Source: a virus (taxonomy: Duplodnaviria > Caudoviricetes). From it: DNA of 32,469 bases. Positions 14,807-24,512 of the stretch are shown piece by piece. The stretch lies in IMG/VR virus record IMGVR_UViG_3300046779_000136, positions 1 through 32,469 of that record; one strand, written 5' to 3'. The position numbers and the translations under genes were made by a program. Under the pieces are notes generated by a model. It made no database searches. It saw nothing but the letters and a program-made list of their open reading frames with translations, and was not told the origin of the DNA. Position 1 is the stretch's first letter, and each line of letters starts with the position of its first letter.

Positions 14807-15433
14807 ATGAGTTGGAATAAAATATCGGTATGGCAATACCAACAAATGCACCCTATCATTACAAACCCACCAGAACACTTAACGGAGTTTGAATTAGAGT
14901 GCAAGTTAGTAGGCATAGTCAATAACCTTACGGACAATCAAGTTCTTAACCTACCTAAAGAGAAGCTAAATAAATATAGGTCGGAGATAATATTCCTTAA
15001 AGACAACTACGAAGGTACACCCGTAAATAGAGTAAGAGCCAATGGCAAAACGTATAGGTTTATACAAGATGCAAAGGATATTAACGCTTCACGCTACATT
15101 GAAAGCAAATACTTTTGTAAGGAACTTATACCTAACCTACACAAGATAGCGGCATCTATTACTATTCCACAACAAAGACAATGGCTTAAATACATAGACC
15201 TACCTTATGATTCGGACAAGCACCAAGAGTACGCTAACGACTTTTTGTTTGCCAATTTCAAAGATGTTTATTATTCGGTTGTTTTTTTTTATCAAGTATT
15301 CAACGATTGGATTCCAATTACCCAGGACTTTTTGGAGAAGAGCCTACTAAAGGAGAATATGCAACAGGACAAGGCACAAAAGGTGGCAGCAATTTTATGG
15401 AGTATTTTGGGTGGCAATACTGTACCAAAATAG
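14807..15433 (+). CDS. Probable tail assembly chaperone (G-like product)
   Basis: Contains a slippery T9 run at 15282-15290 leading into an overlapping -1 ORF; first gene of the tail block. Confidence 0.7.
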   Translation: MSWNKISVWQYQQMHPIITNPPEHLTEFELECKLVGIVNNLTDNQVLNLPKEKLNKYRSEIIFLKDNYEGTPVNRVRANGKTYRFIQDAKDINASRYIESKYFCKELIPNLHKIAASITIPQQRQWLKYIDLPYDSDKHQEYANDFLFANFKDVYYSVVFFYQVFNDWIPITQDFLEKSLLKENMQQDKAQKVAAILWSILGGNTVPK

Positions 15434-15561
15434 TATCGGAGTACGAAGCCATACCTTTGCAAGAGGCTTACGAACTTAAAATAATACATTACTTAAATAG
15501 CTTATCGTACTTAAAAGCCAAGTCGGACTTTGATGCCGAAGCAATTAGGAAGATAAAATAA
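15289..15561 (+). CDS. -1 frameshift extension of the tail chaperone (T-like segment)
   Basis: The -1 frame is open from TTA 15289 (LSSIQRLDSNYPGLFG...) to the stop at 15561; no good independent start. Confidence 0.7.
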   Translation, partial: LSSIQRLDSNYPGLFGEEPTKGEYATGQGTKGGSNFMEYFGWQYCTKIVSEYEAIPLQEAYELKIIHYLNSLSYLKAKSDFDAEAIRKIK

Positions 15562-15583
15562 GACCCCCAATACCCCCAGACAT

Positions 15584-15616
15584 ACCCTGCCAATTTTGGT
15601 GGGGTTAGTTATTTTT
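15584..15616 (+). terminator. Probable intrinsic terminator
   Basis: ACCCTGCCA-attt-TGGTGGGGT hairpin followed by an interrupted T-rich tract. Confidence 0.55.
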
Positions 15617-15639
15617 AGACCTTCCTTATATTTATTAGC

Positions 15640-16353
15640 GTGAGTATTAGTAGAAATCAATTACAGGCTTTAAGGGAAGGCTTCTTTAACAAGATTAAAG
15701 GGGGCGACTATAACGTTGTTAAGAAAGACGAACTGCCACTACTTGAAAAGGTACTTTACGAATACGGAATAGCCTTTAACGATGCTATCCAAGAGAACCT
15801 CGAAAAGTCAGGCTCTATAAGTTCTGGTTTATTAGCCGAGCCTTCGCAACCCGTTATCACTAAGTTTGGTAATCAATACACTTTGAATTTAGGCTATCCT
15901 TTAGGAAGCAAACAAATGGAGTACTTTGATTATATCAACCAAGGGGTTAAGGGTTACGATAGTGGAAGTCCAAGCAATACTCCTTACTCTTTTAAAAGTC
16001 CTTATCCTAATAGGAAAATGGCAGCTAACATATTTACTTGGCTTAACAAGGCAAGGAAAAGCGTTAGGACTGATAGCGTAGCTACTAACAAAAAAGGGGG
16101 AATAGACAAGACGGAAACCAAAAGACAATCATTAAAAAAGGTAGTAAGCGAGGCTACTAATAAGAAAAGATTAGCCTATGCAATATCTTCATCTATTAAA
16201 AAGAAGGGTATTGAGCAAACTAAATACTTTGACAATGCTATTGCACAGGTATTCAATAATAAGTTTACGCAAGATGTAGCCTATGCTTTATTAGGCGACT
16301 TCGCAGTTAAGGCATCTGCTAAAATATCAAAAGAAATAAAAGATAACAAATAA
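15640..16353 (+). CDS. Virion morphogenesis protein (tail completion/neck-type, basic)
   Basis: SG.L...YFDYINQGVKG...AYAI..SIKKKGI pattern; first gene after an ATATTTA motif. Confidence 0.55.
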   Translation: MSISRNQLQALREGFFNKIKGGDYNVVKKDELPLLEKVLYEYGIAFNDAIQENLEKSGSISSGLLAEPSQPVITKFGNQYTLNLGYPLGSKQMEYFDYINQGVKGYDSGSPSNTPYSFKSPYPNRKMAANIFTWLNKARKSVRTDSVATNKKGGIDKTETKRQSLKKVVSEATNKKRLAYAISSSIKKKGIEQTKYFDNAIAQVFNNKFTQDVAYALLGDFAVKASAKISKEIKDNK

Positions 16354-17567
16354 TGGCAATTACAATAACAAGTAGTCCTGCACCATATTCGTCAATGCAC
16401 GACAATCTTTGGTTTGTGTCAAGTTCTACCAATAGTGGAACTACAAACTTTAAATTTGTTTATGATGTATATATCAACGGAAGTCAGGTAATACGTTCTA
16501 AAGTATTTCCTTCGCCAAGTGCGGAAGGAAGTTACGGGGTGTTTAACGCATCTCCAATGGTGCGTAGCTTTGTTACCAACTACTTCGAGCCTTCGGGTAA
16601 CTCAATACTTGTTGCTTCAAACGACAAGATTAAAGTAGATTACCAAATAAGAGTAGGAGAAGAGGTAAGCGGTGTTACAACTACGAACTTAGCATCGGGC
16701 AGCTACTCAGCTTATAACTTTGTGCCACCATTGTTTGCCGATGTATTCTTAACTAAGAACCAAACACCTTTGGTGCTATCGGACTATTACGATAATTTAC
16801 TATTAGAAAACTTTACCGATGACTTTTTGACCGAGCGTGATACAGATGATATAACGCTTGAATATGGAGATAACTTTTACATTACGTTCCTACGCATAGC
16901 AACGAGCGGTTATTCTGCTTGGGTTGAGGTGTTAGGGCAAGGCGATGTGGTTACCAATACTGTATCGGGTAACATAACCTTAAGCGGTCAATTCAATATG
17001 TTTAACCTACAAGCAGGACATATTAACGATTGGGCAAGTGGAACGATTATAGACGAGAATACTTATGGCTATAACTTTTATTTGAAAAGAGGCATAGCAA
17101 AAACAAGGGTTATTAAGATTAGACATAAGTGCTATCCTAAATATCAACAATTCAACCTTGAGTTCCTAAATAGATTAGGCGGTTGGGACACAAAGAAGTT
17201 TGCCCTTGTAAACAAAAGGTCGAGCGAATATCAAAGAGCATCATATAGGCGAAGCGACTGGCAGCTTGTAGGTGGACAAATGACAAACATAGATGGATAT
17301 AACAGATATAACGAAACGACTTTCAACTATGCTATTCAGCATAAGGATAGATATAAGCTTACTTCTGATTGGGTTAGCGAACAAGATTATTCGTGGTTGG
17401 CTCAGCTTGTATCGTCTCCTATTGTTTATATGGAAGTACTTGGTGCTTATTTCCCTGTTACCATAACTGTAACAAACTACGAATACAAGTTAGAAAGTGC
17501 AGATAAACTATTTAACTTTGAGATTGAAGTCGAAGTAGGTAAATACTTAACAAGCCAATTCAGATAA
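16353..17567 (+). CDS. Tail/baseplate structural protein
   Basis: Beta-rich; FLNRLGGWD and L..LVSSPIVY motifs; coupled within the tail block. Confidence 0.65.
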   Translation: MAITITSSPAPYSSMHDNLWFVSSSTNSGTTNFKFVYDVYINGSQVIRSKVFPSPSAEGSYGVFNASPMVRSFVTNYFEPSGNSILVASNDKIKVDYQIRVGEEVSGVTTTNLASGSYSAYNFVPPLFADVFLTKNQTPLVLSDYYDNLLLENFTDDFLTERDTDDITLEYGDNFYITFLRIATSGYSAWVEVLGQGDVVTNTVSGNITLSGQFNMFNLQAGHINDWASGTIIDENTYGYNFYLKRGIAKTRVIKIRHKCYPKYQQFNLEFLNRLGGWDTKKFALVNKRSSEYQRASYRRSDWQLVGGQMTNIDGYNRYNETTFNYAIQHKDRYKLTSDWVSEQDYSWLAQLVSSPIVYMEVLGAYFPVTITVTNYEYKLESADKLFNFEIEVEVGKYLTSQFR

Positions 17568-19621
17568 TGATTAGCACAGAAATATACATCGAGGAACAGA
17601 AGATTGATTTATTGCAGGATATATCTACCGAGTTTACTTATGCCATTGATGATGTAAGTGAATTTGGTAGTCGCAATACTTCTTTTAGTAAGACAATTAG
17701 CATACCAGGAACGGCAAACAATAATTTAGTGTTTGGCTATATCTTCGAACTTAACAATGCTAATGTTACAGTAGATTCATTACCAAATGTAGGGTATAAC
17801 TACAACGTGACCAAACAAGCTAACTGCAAAATCTTTATTGATAAGGTTCAAATATTTAAGGGTACTTTACGAATATTGGAAATAGTAATAGACAAAGAGA
17901 CTATCGAATATCAATGTAGTGTGTTTGGTGAACTTGGTGGGTTTATTAACCAATTAGGAAATAAGCGTTTAGAAGATTTAGATTTTAGCGCATATAATCA
18001 TACTTATAGCGTTGCTAATATTAGCAATAGTTGGGATAACGCAGGGGGTTCAGGATACTATTACCCATTGATTGATTACGGAGGTGTAAGCACAGGTCAA
18101 TACGGAACGGCTAAAAAGGACTTTCAATACACAACGTTTAGACCTGCTTTGTATGTAAAGGAATACATTGATAAAATATTTGCAGGTACAGATTATACAT
18201 TTGACTGCTCGTTCTTTGATACACCTTTATTTAAAAGGCTTATCATACCTAATAACCAGACAAATATTACTGCGTTAAATAATACCAGTATGAGCGCAAG
18301 TGCTATTAATAGAGATATGTTATTAACAAGCGACCCTTACGTTCAATATACTTTAACAACCGCAGGTAGCTTTGCTATTGACGGAACAAATACTTTGTTT
18401 ACTTACTCAGGTACAACGCTAACTACAAACATACAAATTACTTTAACAGGCTTTGTAAATATATTTGACCCTGCACAATCTACATATACTGTAATACTTA
18501 GAAAAAACGGAACACAAATTGGCTCACAGGATTTTGATGCAAGTGTTAGAAGGATTCTTGATTGTAACTTTACTGTTCAAGGTGTTACGTTTAATAGCGG
18601 AGATACTATGCAAGTAGAAATACTTGGTACGTTAATGGAGATTGAAATATTTACTGGTAATGTAGGTATTACTACAAGTACTCCGACACAAGTACAAATT
18701 AACTTAGGAGAAACAATTAAGATAAGCGAAACAATCCCTAAAGGTATATTTCAAAGGGACTTCTTTTTAAGCATTGTTAAAATGTTTAACCTATATGTTT
18801 ATGAGAATAAGTTTAACGACAAAGAACTTGTAATAAGTCCGTATGTTACTTTTTATCCAGAAAAGACAGCTAACGCAGAAGATTGGACTAACAAGATAGA
18901 TAGAGCAAAGCCTTTAAGTATTAAGCCAATGAGTGAGGTAAACGCTCGATACTACAATTATAAGTTTAAGCAAGATAATGACTTCTACAACGAAAACTAT
19001 CGTAAGAAGTATACCGAAGGTTATGGAGATTTTATTTACGATACCGAGTTTGACTTTGTAAAAGAAACAGACACTTTAGAAGTTATATTTGCTGCATCTG
19101 TACTTTATCAAGCAACAGGACAAGACAAAGTATTCCCTGCTATTTATAAGAAGTCCAACACGAATAGTGCAGAAGATAAAATGGATAGTATTATTCGTAT
19201 AATGCAAACAAAGAAGATTACAGGTGTAAATTCTTGGGACATTATGAATACAACAACTGTCTTAGGTAGTTATACAAGCTATGGTTACGCAGGACATTTG
19301 AACGACCCAATTAATTCCACAAGCGACATTAATTTTGGCGCACCTAAAGAGATACAATTTTCACCTGCTAACTTCACAGAGTTTAATGTATTTAACGATT
19401 ATCATAGTCCTTACCTTGCTGAAATAACAAACAAGGATAGTAAGCTATTAACTTGTTTTGGTTTACTTGACATAGTAGATATTTTTAACTTAGATTTTAG
19501 TAAGTATGTATGGATTGACGGGGTACTATTTAGGCTTAACAAAGTAGAGAATTTTAACCCTATGGAATACAACACGACTAAACTATCATTTTTAAAAGTA
19601 ATAAGAACTTCATACCCTTAA
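17567..19621 (+). CDS. Tail hub/baseplate protein
   Basis: SFSKTI.IPGT..NN..F N-terminus, YPLIDYG, beta-sandwich insert; adjacent to the tape measure gene. Confidence 0.65.
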   Translation: MISTEIYIEEQKIDLLQDISTEFTYAIDDVSEFGSRNTSFSKTISIPGTANNNLVFGYIFELNNANVTVDSLPNVGYNYNVTKQANCKIFIDKVQIFKGTLRILEIVIDKETIEYQCSVFGELGGFINQLGNKRLEDLDFSAYNHTYSVANISNSWDNAGGSGYYYPLIDYGGVSTGQYGTAKKDFQYTTFRPALYVKEYIDKIFAGTDYTFDCSFFDTPLFKRLIIPNNQTNITALNNTSMSASAINRDMLLTSDPYVQYTLTTAGSFAIDGTNTLFTYSGTTLTTNIQITLTGFVNIFDPAQSTYTVILRKNGTQIGSQDFDASVRRILDCNFTVQGVTFNSGDTMQVEILGTLMEIEIFTGNVGITTSTPTQVQINLGETIKISETIPKGIFQRDFFLSIVKMFNLYVYENKFNDKELVISPYVTFYPEKTANAEDWTNKIDRAKPLSIKPMSEVNARYYNYKFKQDNDFYNENYRKKYTEGYGDFIYDTEFDFVKETDTLEVIFAASVLYQATGQDKVFPAIYKKSNTNSAEDKMDSIIRIMQTKKITGVNSWDIMNTTTVLGSYTSYGYAGHLNDPINSTSDINFGAPKEIQFSPANFTEFNVFNDYHSPYLAEITNKDSKLLTCFGLLDIVDIFNLDFSKYVWIDGVLFRLNKVENFNPMEYNTTKLSFLKVIRTSYP

Positions 19622-19630
19622 AGAAATATA

Positions 19631-21625
19631 ATGGCAGAAAATCAAAAAATGACCCTCGAGATAAACGTTAATACTAAAGACGGGGAAAATAATATAAATA
19701 AACTTACTGACAAAACCGAAGAGGCTACCAAGTCTGCTAAACAAGGGCAAGGTGCGTTTTCGACTTTAGGTAATACCATCAAATCATTAGGTGTAGTTAG
19801 TGTTATTGCAGGTGCATTTAACTTCTTTAAAGAAACACTTAGTAAGAACCAAAAGGTTGCCGATAGTGTAGCTGCGGTGTTCAATACTATTTCTACTATT
19901 ATTTCTACCCTTATAGACATCTTTATTGATGTAACCGATAAGGTAGGTAAAAGCACAAATGGCTTTGCTGCACTTGGTAAGGTTTTAGGTGGAATATTTA
20001 CACTTGCCGTTACTCCTTTAAAGTTAGCATTTGACGGACTTAAATTAGTTATTAATGAGATACAACTTGCTTGGGAGAAGTCGCCATTAGGAGATGGAGA
20101 CCAAAAGGTTATTAAGGAACTTACCGAGAATATTAATAAAACTAAGGATAGTTTAAAAGATACAGGAAAGAATGCGGTAGAAGCAGGTAAGGATATTTAC
20201 AACAACTTTGGAGAAGCTGCAAAATCAGTAGGTGCGGTTGTAACTGGTGTAGTAGAAAAGGCATCTAAGATTAACGTTGCTGCGGTATACGAACAAGCAA
20301 AGGCGACTATTGCTTTACAAAATAGTGCAAAGATTGCTGCTGCACAATTAGCAGGTCTTGTAGAAAAGTACGATAGACAAGCAGAGCAGTTAAGACAAAT
20401 TAGAGATGATGAATTTAGAAGCGTAGACGAAAGGATTGCAGCTAATAATAAATTAGCAGAAGTTTTAAACGAACAAGAGAAAGCACAAAAGAAACTTGCA
20501 CAAACAAGAGTAGCTGCGGCTGCTGCCGAACTTGCACAAAACAAATCAAGTGTAGAATTACAAGCCGCATTGATTGAAGCACAAAACGAAGTAGCTGCCG
20601 TAGAAGCACAGGTAGCAGGTTTAAGGTCGGAACAATTAGCTAATGCAGTAGCATTAAGTAAGGAAAAAATTGCTATTGATGCTTCACTTGCAGCAAGTGC
20701 AAACAAAATAGCACTTGACCAAAGAAAAATTAATGCCGACTTAATCAAAGATGAAGTATTAAAACAAACTACTAAAAAACAAATAGCCGAAGAAGAAGCC
20801 GCATTAGAATTAAAAAGATTACAAGATAACATTAACAATACTAAGGCAGGTACACAAGCCAGAGCAGATGCAGAGATTGCTTTTGCTGAAAAGAAAGCAG
20901 AAATAAATAATCAAATTACTACCTTAGATGCTGCTATCTTACAAGCTAAATTAGATAAAGAAGCTAAGTTTAGAGCAGACACTATTGCATTAGCACAAGC
21001 GGACTATGATTTAAATAAGGCTTTAGGAGAAGCTACATTCCAAGACCAATTCGATTTATACGATAAAAGAAGAGAATTAGAAAGGAAGGAAATGGTAGCA
21101 AGAAGGGCAACGGCTGCCGAATTAGAAGCCTTTGATAAGCAAACCGCAACGGGTAGGATTGCAATAGAAAGGGCAGTTCAAGACCAAAAGTTAGCTATAC
21201 TTAACACGGGAATTAATACTGCCATTGAGATAGTAGGTAAAGAATCGGCAGCAGGTAAAGCACTTAGTATTGCACAAGCCGTAATGAATACTTATACGGG
21301 TGCGACGAGAGCCTTAAAAGATGTGCCATTCCCTTTTAACTTTGTTGCTGCGGGTAGTACAATCGCACAAGGTTTATTAAGCGTAAAGAAGATTATTAGT
21401 ACGCCATTGCCAGGAGTTCCTGGTGGAAGTGGTGGAAGTACCCCAAGTTTAAATGCTTCTGCACCCGTTGCACCACCACAACCACAAGCACAAACAACTA
21501 CATTAGATAGCCAATCTATTAACGCACTTGGCAATCAAACTGCAAGAGCCTACGTTGTAGAAAGCGATGTAACGGGTAGCCAACAACGTATAGCGGCTAT
21601 TCAGCAAAGAGCAAGGTTTGGTTAA
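19631..21625 (+). CDS. Tape measure protein
   Basis: 664 aa, Ala/Glu/Lys-rich coiled coil with hydrophobic segments near both ends; C-terminal RAYVVESDVT. Confidence 0.75.
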   Translation: MAENQKMTLEINVNTKDGENNINKLTDKTEEATKSAKQGQGAFSTLGNTIKSLGVVSVIAGAFNFFKETLSKNQKVADSVAAVFNTISTIISTLIDIFIDVTDKVGKSTNGFAALGKVLGGIFTLAVTPLKLAFDGLKLVINEIQLAWEKSPLGDGDQKVIKELTENINKTKDSLKDTGKNAVEAGKDIYNNFGEAAKSVGAVVTGVVEKASKINVAAVYEQAKATIALQNSAKIAAAQLAGLVEKYDRQAEQLRQIRDDEFRSVDERIAANNKLAEVLNEQEKAQKKLAQTRVAAAAAELAQNKSSVELQAALIEAQNEVAAVEAQVAGLRSEQLANAVALSKEKIAIDASLAASANKIALDQRKINADLIKDEVLKQTTKKQIAEEEAALELKRLQDNINNTKAGTQARADAEIAFAEKKAEINNQITTLDAAILQAKLDKEAKFRADTIALAQADYDLNKALGEATFQDQFDLYDKRRELERKEMVARRATAAELEAFDKQTATGRIAIERAVQDQKLAILNTGINTAIEIVGKESAAGKALSIAQAVMNTYTGATRALKDVPFPFNFVAAGSTIAQGLLSVKKIISTPLPGVPGGSGGSTPSLNASAPVAPPQPQAQTTTLDSQSINALGNQTARAYVVESDVTGSQQRIAAIQQRARFG

Positions 21626-21660
21626 ATGATAACAATTTAAAACACTTAATATTTACAAAT

Positions 21661-22245
21661 ATGGACTTACCTGTTTATTTATTAGACATTAGCGAGGATA
21701 TGAATGACGATGCCGAGGTAGATTATGTGGCATTAGTTGATAGACCTGCTATTCAAAAGAATTGGAATGCCTTTAAAAACCAACAACGCTTTGAAGTGGT
21801 TAGCGAAGATAAGCGAATCATTAGTGGTCCTCTTATGTTGGCTGATGTGCCTATTTTTAGGAGTGATGCTACTTATGGCGATTACTATGTGGTGTTCTCT
21901 AAAGATACTATTTTTAAGATTGCTCAAAAGTTTTTCAAAAGAGGCTACCAATCAAACGTAAACTTAATGCACTCTCCTGACCAACAAGTAGAAGGTGTTA
22001 CTATGTTTGAAAGCTTTATTACCGATGAAAGTCGTGGTATCTTACCAATGAAGGGTTTTGAAGATGCACCTGACGGCTCTTGGTTTGGTTCTTTCAAAGT
22101 AGATAACGAAGGGGTTTGGAACGATGTAAAAGATGGTAAATTCAAAGGCTTTAGCGTAGAAGGTTTATTTACTTATAAGACAAAGCCAAACAAGGAACAA
22201 GAACTTATGAATGCAATAAAGGAAATATTGCAACGAGTTAAATGA
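21661..22245 (+). CDS. Prohead protease, XkdF-like (Peptidase S78_2)
   Basis: ALVDRPAI, NLMH, GSWF, VK.G.FKGFSVEG; upstream of scaffold and capsid. Confidence 0.85.
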   Translation: MDLPVYLLDISEDMNDDAEVDYVALVDRPAIQKNWNAFKNQQRFEVVSEDKRIISGPLMLADVPIFRSDATYGDYYVVFSKDTIFKIAQKFFKRGYQSNVNLMHSPDQQVEGVTMFESFITDESRGILPMKGFEDAPDGSWFGSFKVDNEGVWNDVKDGKFKGFSVEGLFTYKTKPNKEQELMNAIKEILQRVK

Positions 22246-22281
22246 TAAACAAAATCTTTTATTAATATTTAAACAAAAAGA

Positions 22282-22872
22282 ATGATGAACGCAAAAGATG
22301 CAATTATGCAAATTAGGGCTTTGTTCGAAGATATGCCAATGGTAGATGCTCCTGCACCTGCTCCTGCACCTATCGAAGAAGTACCTGTTACATTCGCAGA
22401 ATATAGCCTTATAGACGGAACTAAGGTTATGATTAGCGAACTTGCTATCGGTGGTCAAGTTACATTGGAAGACGGAAGTCCTGCACCAATGGGAGAACAC
22501 CAATTAGCTGACGGCACTAAAATCGTATTAGACGAAGCTGCAAAAATCTTATCAATCGAAACTCCTGAAGCTGAAGCAAAAGAAGCTGAAGAAGTACCTG
22601 CTGAATTAGGTAACAAGATTGAAGAAAAGATGGCAGAAGAAATCGCAAAATTAGTAGCTGAAAACGAAGGTTTAAAAACACAAGTAGCACAATTAGAGGC
22701 AAAAGTTAAAAATGGCTTTAGTCAAGTAGCTGAACTTATAGAAGCACTTACTAAGACTCCTAACGCTGAACCTATTGCGCAACCAAAAAACAACTTCGGT
22801 TCTAACGTAACTACACACTCAATGAAGTACGATAGAATTGAGAAATTTAGAAACGCTTTATTAAACAAATAA
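22282..22872 (+). CDS. Capsid scaffolding protein
   Basis: Acidic, APMGEHQLADGT motif, coiled coil; between protease and capsid. Confidence 0.75.
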   Translation: MMNAKDAIMQIRALFEDMPMVDAPAPAPAPIEEVPVTFAEYSLIDGTKVMISELAIGGQVTLEDGSPAPMGEHQLADGTKIVLDEAAKILSIETPEAEAKEAEEVPAELGNKIEEKMAEEIAKLVAENEGLKTQVAQLEAKVKNGFSQVAELIEALTKTPNAEPIAQPKNNFGSNVTTHSMKYDRIEKFRNALLNK

Positions 22873-22884
22873 AAATAAAATAAA

Positions 22885-23838
22885 ATGGGATTTGATGTAT
22901 CTGCATTAGCAAACTATACAAAAGAAAACGAAGCTCTACTTGTAACTTCATCTGTATTGGGTGCAAAAACTGCTTCTCTTATTAAGAGCGCAGGTAACGT
23001 TATGGTTGGCGTAAAGTCAAGCGAAAAAATCAACATTATGGAAACTGACGCTATCTTCCAAGATGGTGCTTCTTGTGGCTTTAATGCTTCTGGTTCTACT
23101 ACCTTTACTCAACGTACTGTAACTCCTGGTAAAATTAAAGTAAACGAAGCTTTATGTCCTAAAGACCTTGAAGCTAAGTATTTACAAAAAGCTTTACCTA
23201 CTGGCTCTATGTACGATAGCGTACCTTTCGAGCAAGAATATTCTGAAAAGAAAGCTAAGACAATCGCTGCTCAATTAGAAACTGCGTTATGGCAAGGCGA
23301 CACTTCAAGTGTAAACGTAAACTTAAACAAGTTCGATGGTCTTGTTAAGTTAATCGGTGCTGCTTCAGGTGTTGTTGCTGCAAACGCTTCTACTTATATC
23401 TCTGGCGCTCCTTTATCAAGCATTACTGATGCTAACGTAATCTCTATTTTTGATGGTGTTTACAAAGCAATCCCTGCTAAAGTTGTAGCTGCTGACGATA
23501 TGACTATCTTCTGTGGTCAAGATTTATTCCGTACTTACACTATTGCTCTTAAGAATAGCGGTTCTTTCAATTACCAAATTGATGTTAAAGCTGATAGTGA
23601 GTTCGTACTTCCTGGTACTACAATTAAAGTTGTAGCAGTTGCAGGTCTTAATGGAACTAACAAAGTTTACGCTATGCGTTTAAGCAACTTGTTCTTAGGT
23701 ACTGACTTATTGAACGAAGAAGAGAAGTTTGAAATTTTCTATGCTAAAGAAGCTGACCAAGTACGTTTCGTATCTGAGTTCAAAATGGGTGTAAACATTG
23801 CATTCCCTGACGAAGCAGTGAAGTTTATCCTTGCATAA
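22885..23838 (+). CDS. Major capsid protein
   Basis: 317 aa after the scaffold; ALWQGD...FDGLVK HK97-fold-like pattern; codon usage typical of high expression; followed by a terminator. Confidence 0.88.
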   Translation: MGFDVSALANYTKENEALLVTSSVLGAKTASLIKSAGNVMVGVKSSEKINIMETDAIFQDGASCGFNASGSTTFTQRTVTPGKIKVNEALCPKDLEAKYLQKALPTGSMYDSVPFEQEYSEKKAKTIAAQLETALWQGDTSSVNVNLNKFDGLVKLIGAASGVVAANASTYISGAPLSSITDANVISIFDGVYKAIPAKVVAADDMTIFCGQDLFRTYTIALKNSGSFNYQIDVKADSEFVLPGTTIKVVAVAGLNGTNKVYAMRLSNLFLGTDLLNEEEKFEIFYAKEADQVRFVSEFKMGVNIAFPDEAVKFILA

Positions 23839-23844
23839 TTTATA

Positions 23845-23875
23845 GGGTAGGTTGAAATATACCTACCCATTTTTT
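23845..23875 (+). terminator. Intrinsic terminator after the capsid gene
   Basis: GGGTAGGT-tgaaatat-ACCTACCC followed by T6. Confidence 0.8.
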
Positions 23876-23898
23876 CAAACTAATTTAATTCAATAACA

Positions 23899-24420
23899 AT
23901 GGCTTGTGCTTTAACTCAAAATTATACCTTAGACTGTAAAGACAGTTTAGGCGGTATAACCGAAGTTTATTTTATGGCGGCAGGAGATGTTACCTCTACA
24001 ACAGAGGCAAGTGGTGTTATTACCGCTTTAGTAAAAGCATCTGGTAAGAAGTTCTATAAGTACGAACTTGTAAAAGGCACTTCTCAATTAGTTGAGAATG
24101 TTAATGCAAACGTACAAAACGGAACTATCTTTTATGCTCCTGAATTAACTATCGTATTAAATAAATTACAAGCTAACACAAGAAACGAAATCTTGTTGTT
24201 GGCTCAAAACACTTTAGTAGCGGTTGCCAAAGATAACAATGGCAAGTACTGGTACTTAGGAAAACAAAGAGGCTTAGACCTTACAGGCGGTAGCGCAGGT
24301 ACAGGTACGGCTGAAGGAGACAGAAGTGGTTATACTCTTACCTTTACAGGTGCAGAGCCAGCCCTTGCTCCAGAAGTAAACTCAACTGTGGCAGGTCAAT
24401 TAACTACCGCAGGTTCTTAG
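23899..24420 (+). CDS. Major tail (tube) protein
   Basis: MAC.LT....DCKDS.GGI...GYTLTFTG.EP; beta-rich; followed by a terminator. Confidence 0.7.
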   Translation: MACALTQNYTLDCKDSLGGITEVYFMAAGDVTSTTEASGVITALVKASGKKFYKYELVKGTSQLVENVNANVQNGTIFYAPELTIVLNKLQANTRNEILLLAQNTLVAVAKDNNGKYWYLGKQRGLDLTGGSAGTGTAEGDRSGYTLTFTGAEPALAPEVNSTVAGQLTTAGS

Positions 24421-24444
24421 GTTGTTTTGGTTTTGTATATAGAT

Positions 24445-24480
24445 GCCCTCGTCTTTAATTAGGCGGGGGTTTTTTATTTT
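24445..24480 (+). terminator. Intrinsic terminator
   Basis: GCCCTCGTCT/AGGCGGGGGT stem with G-U pairs, then a T run. Confidence 0.8.
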
Positions 24481-24512
24481 GCAAACAATCGCAATACTTT
24501 ATATTTATAGTT

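Noticed and set aside
15562-15590. C-rich repeats (ACCCCCA x2, ACCCTG) before the terminator as an antiterminator or G-quadruplex
   Set aside because: Only three C-tracts and short alternative pairings; too weak to support.
20197-20838. 213-aa minus-strand ORF and the other minus-strand ORFs
   Set aside because: Antisense shadows of well-supported + strand genes with no recognisable motifs.
21737-21961. Nested + strand ORFs (21737, 28258)
   Set aside because: Out-of-frame ORFs inside conserved genes with no supporting features.
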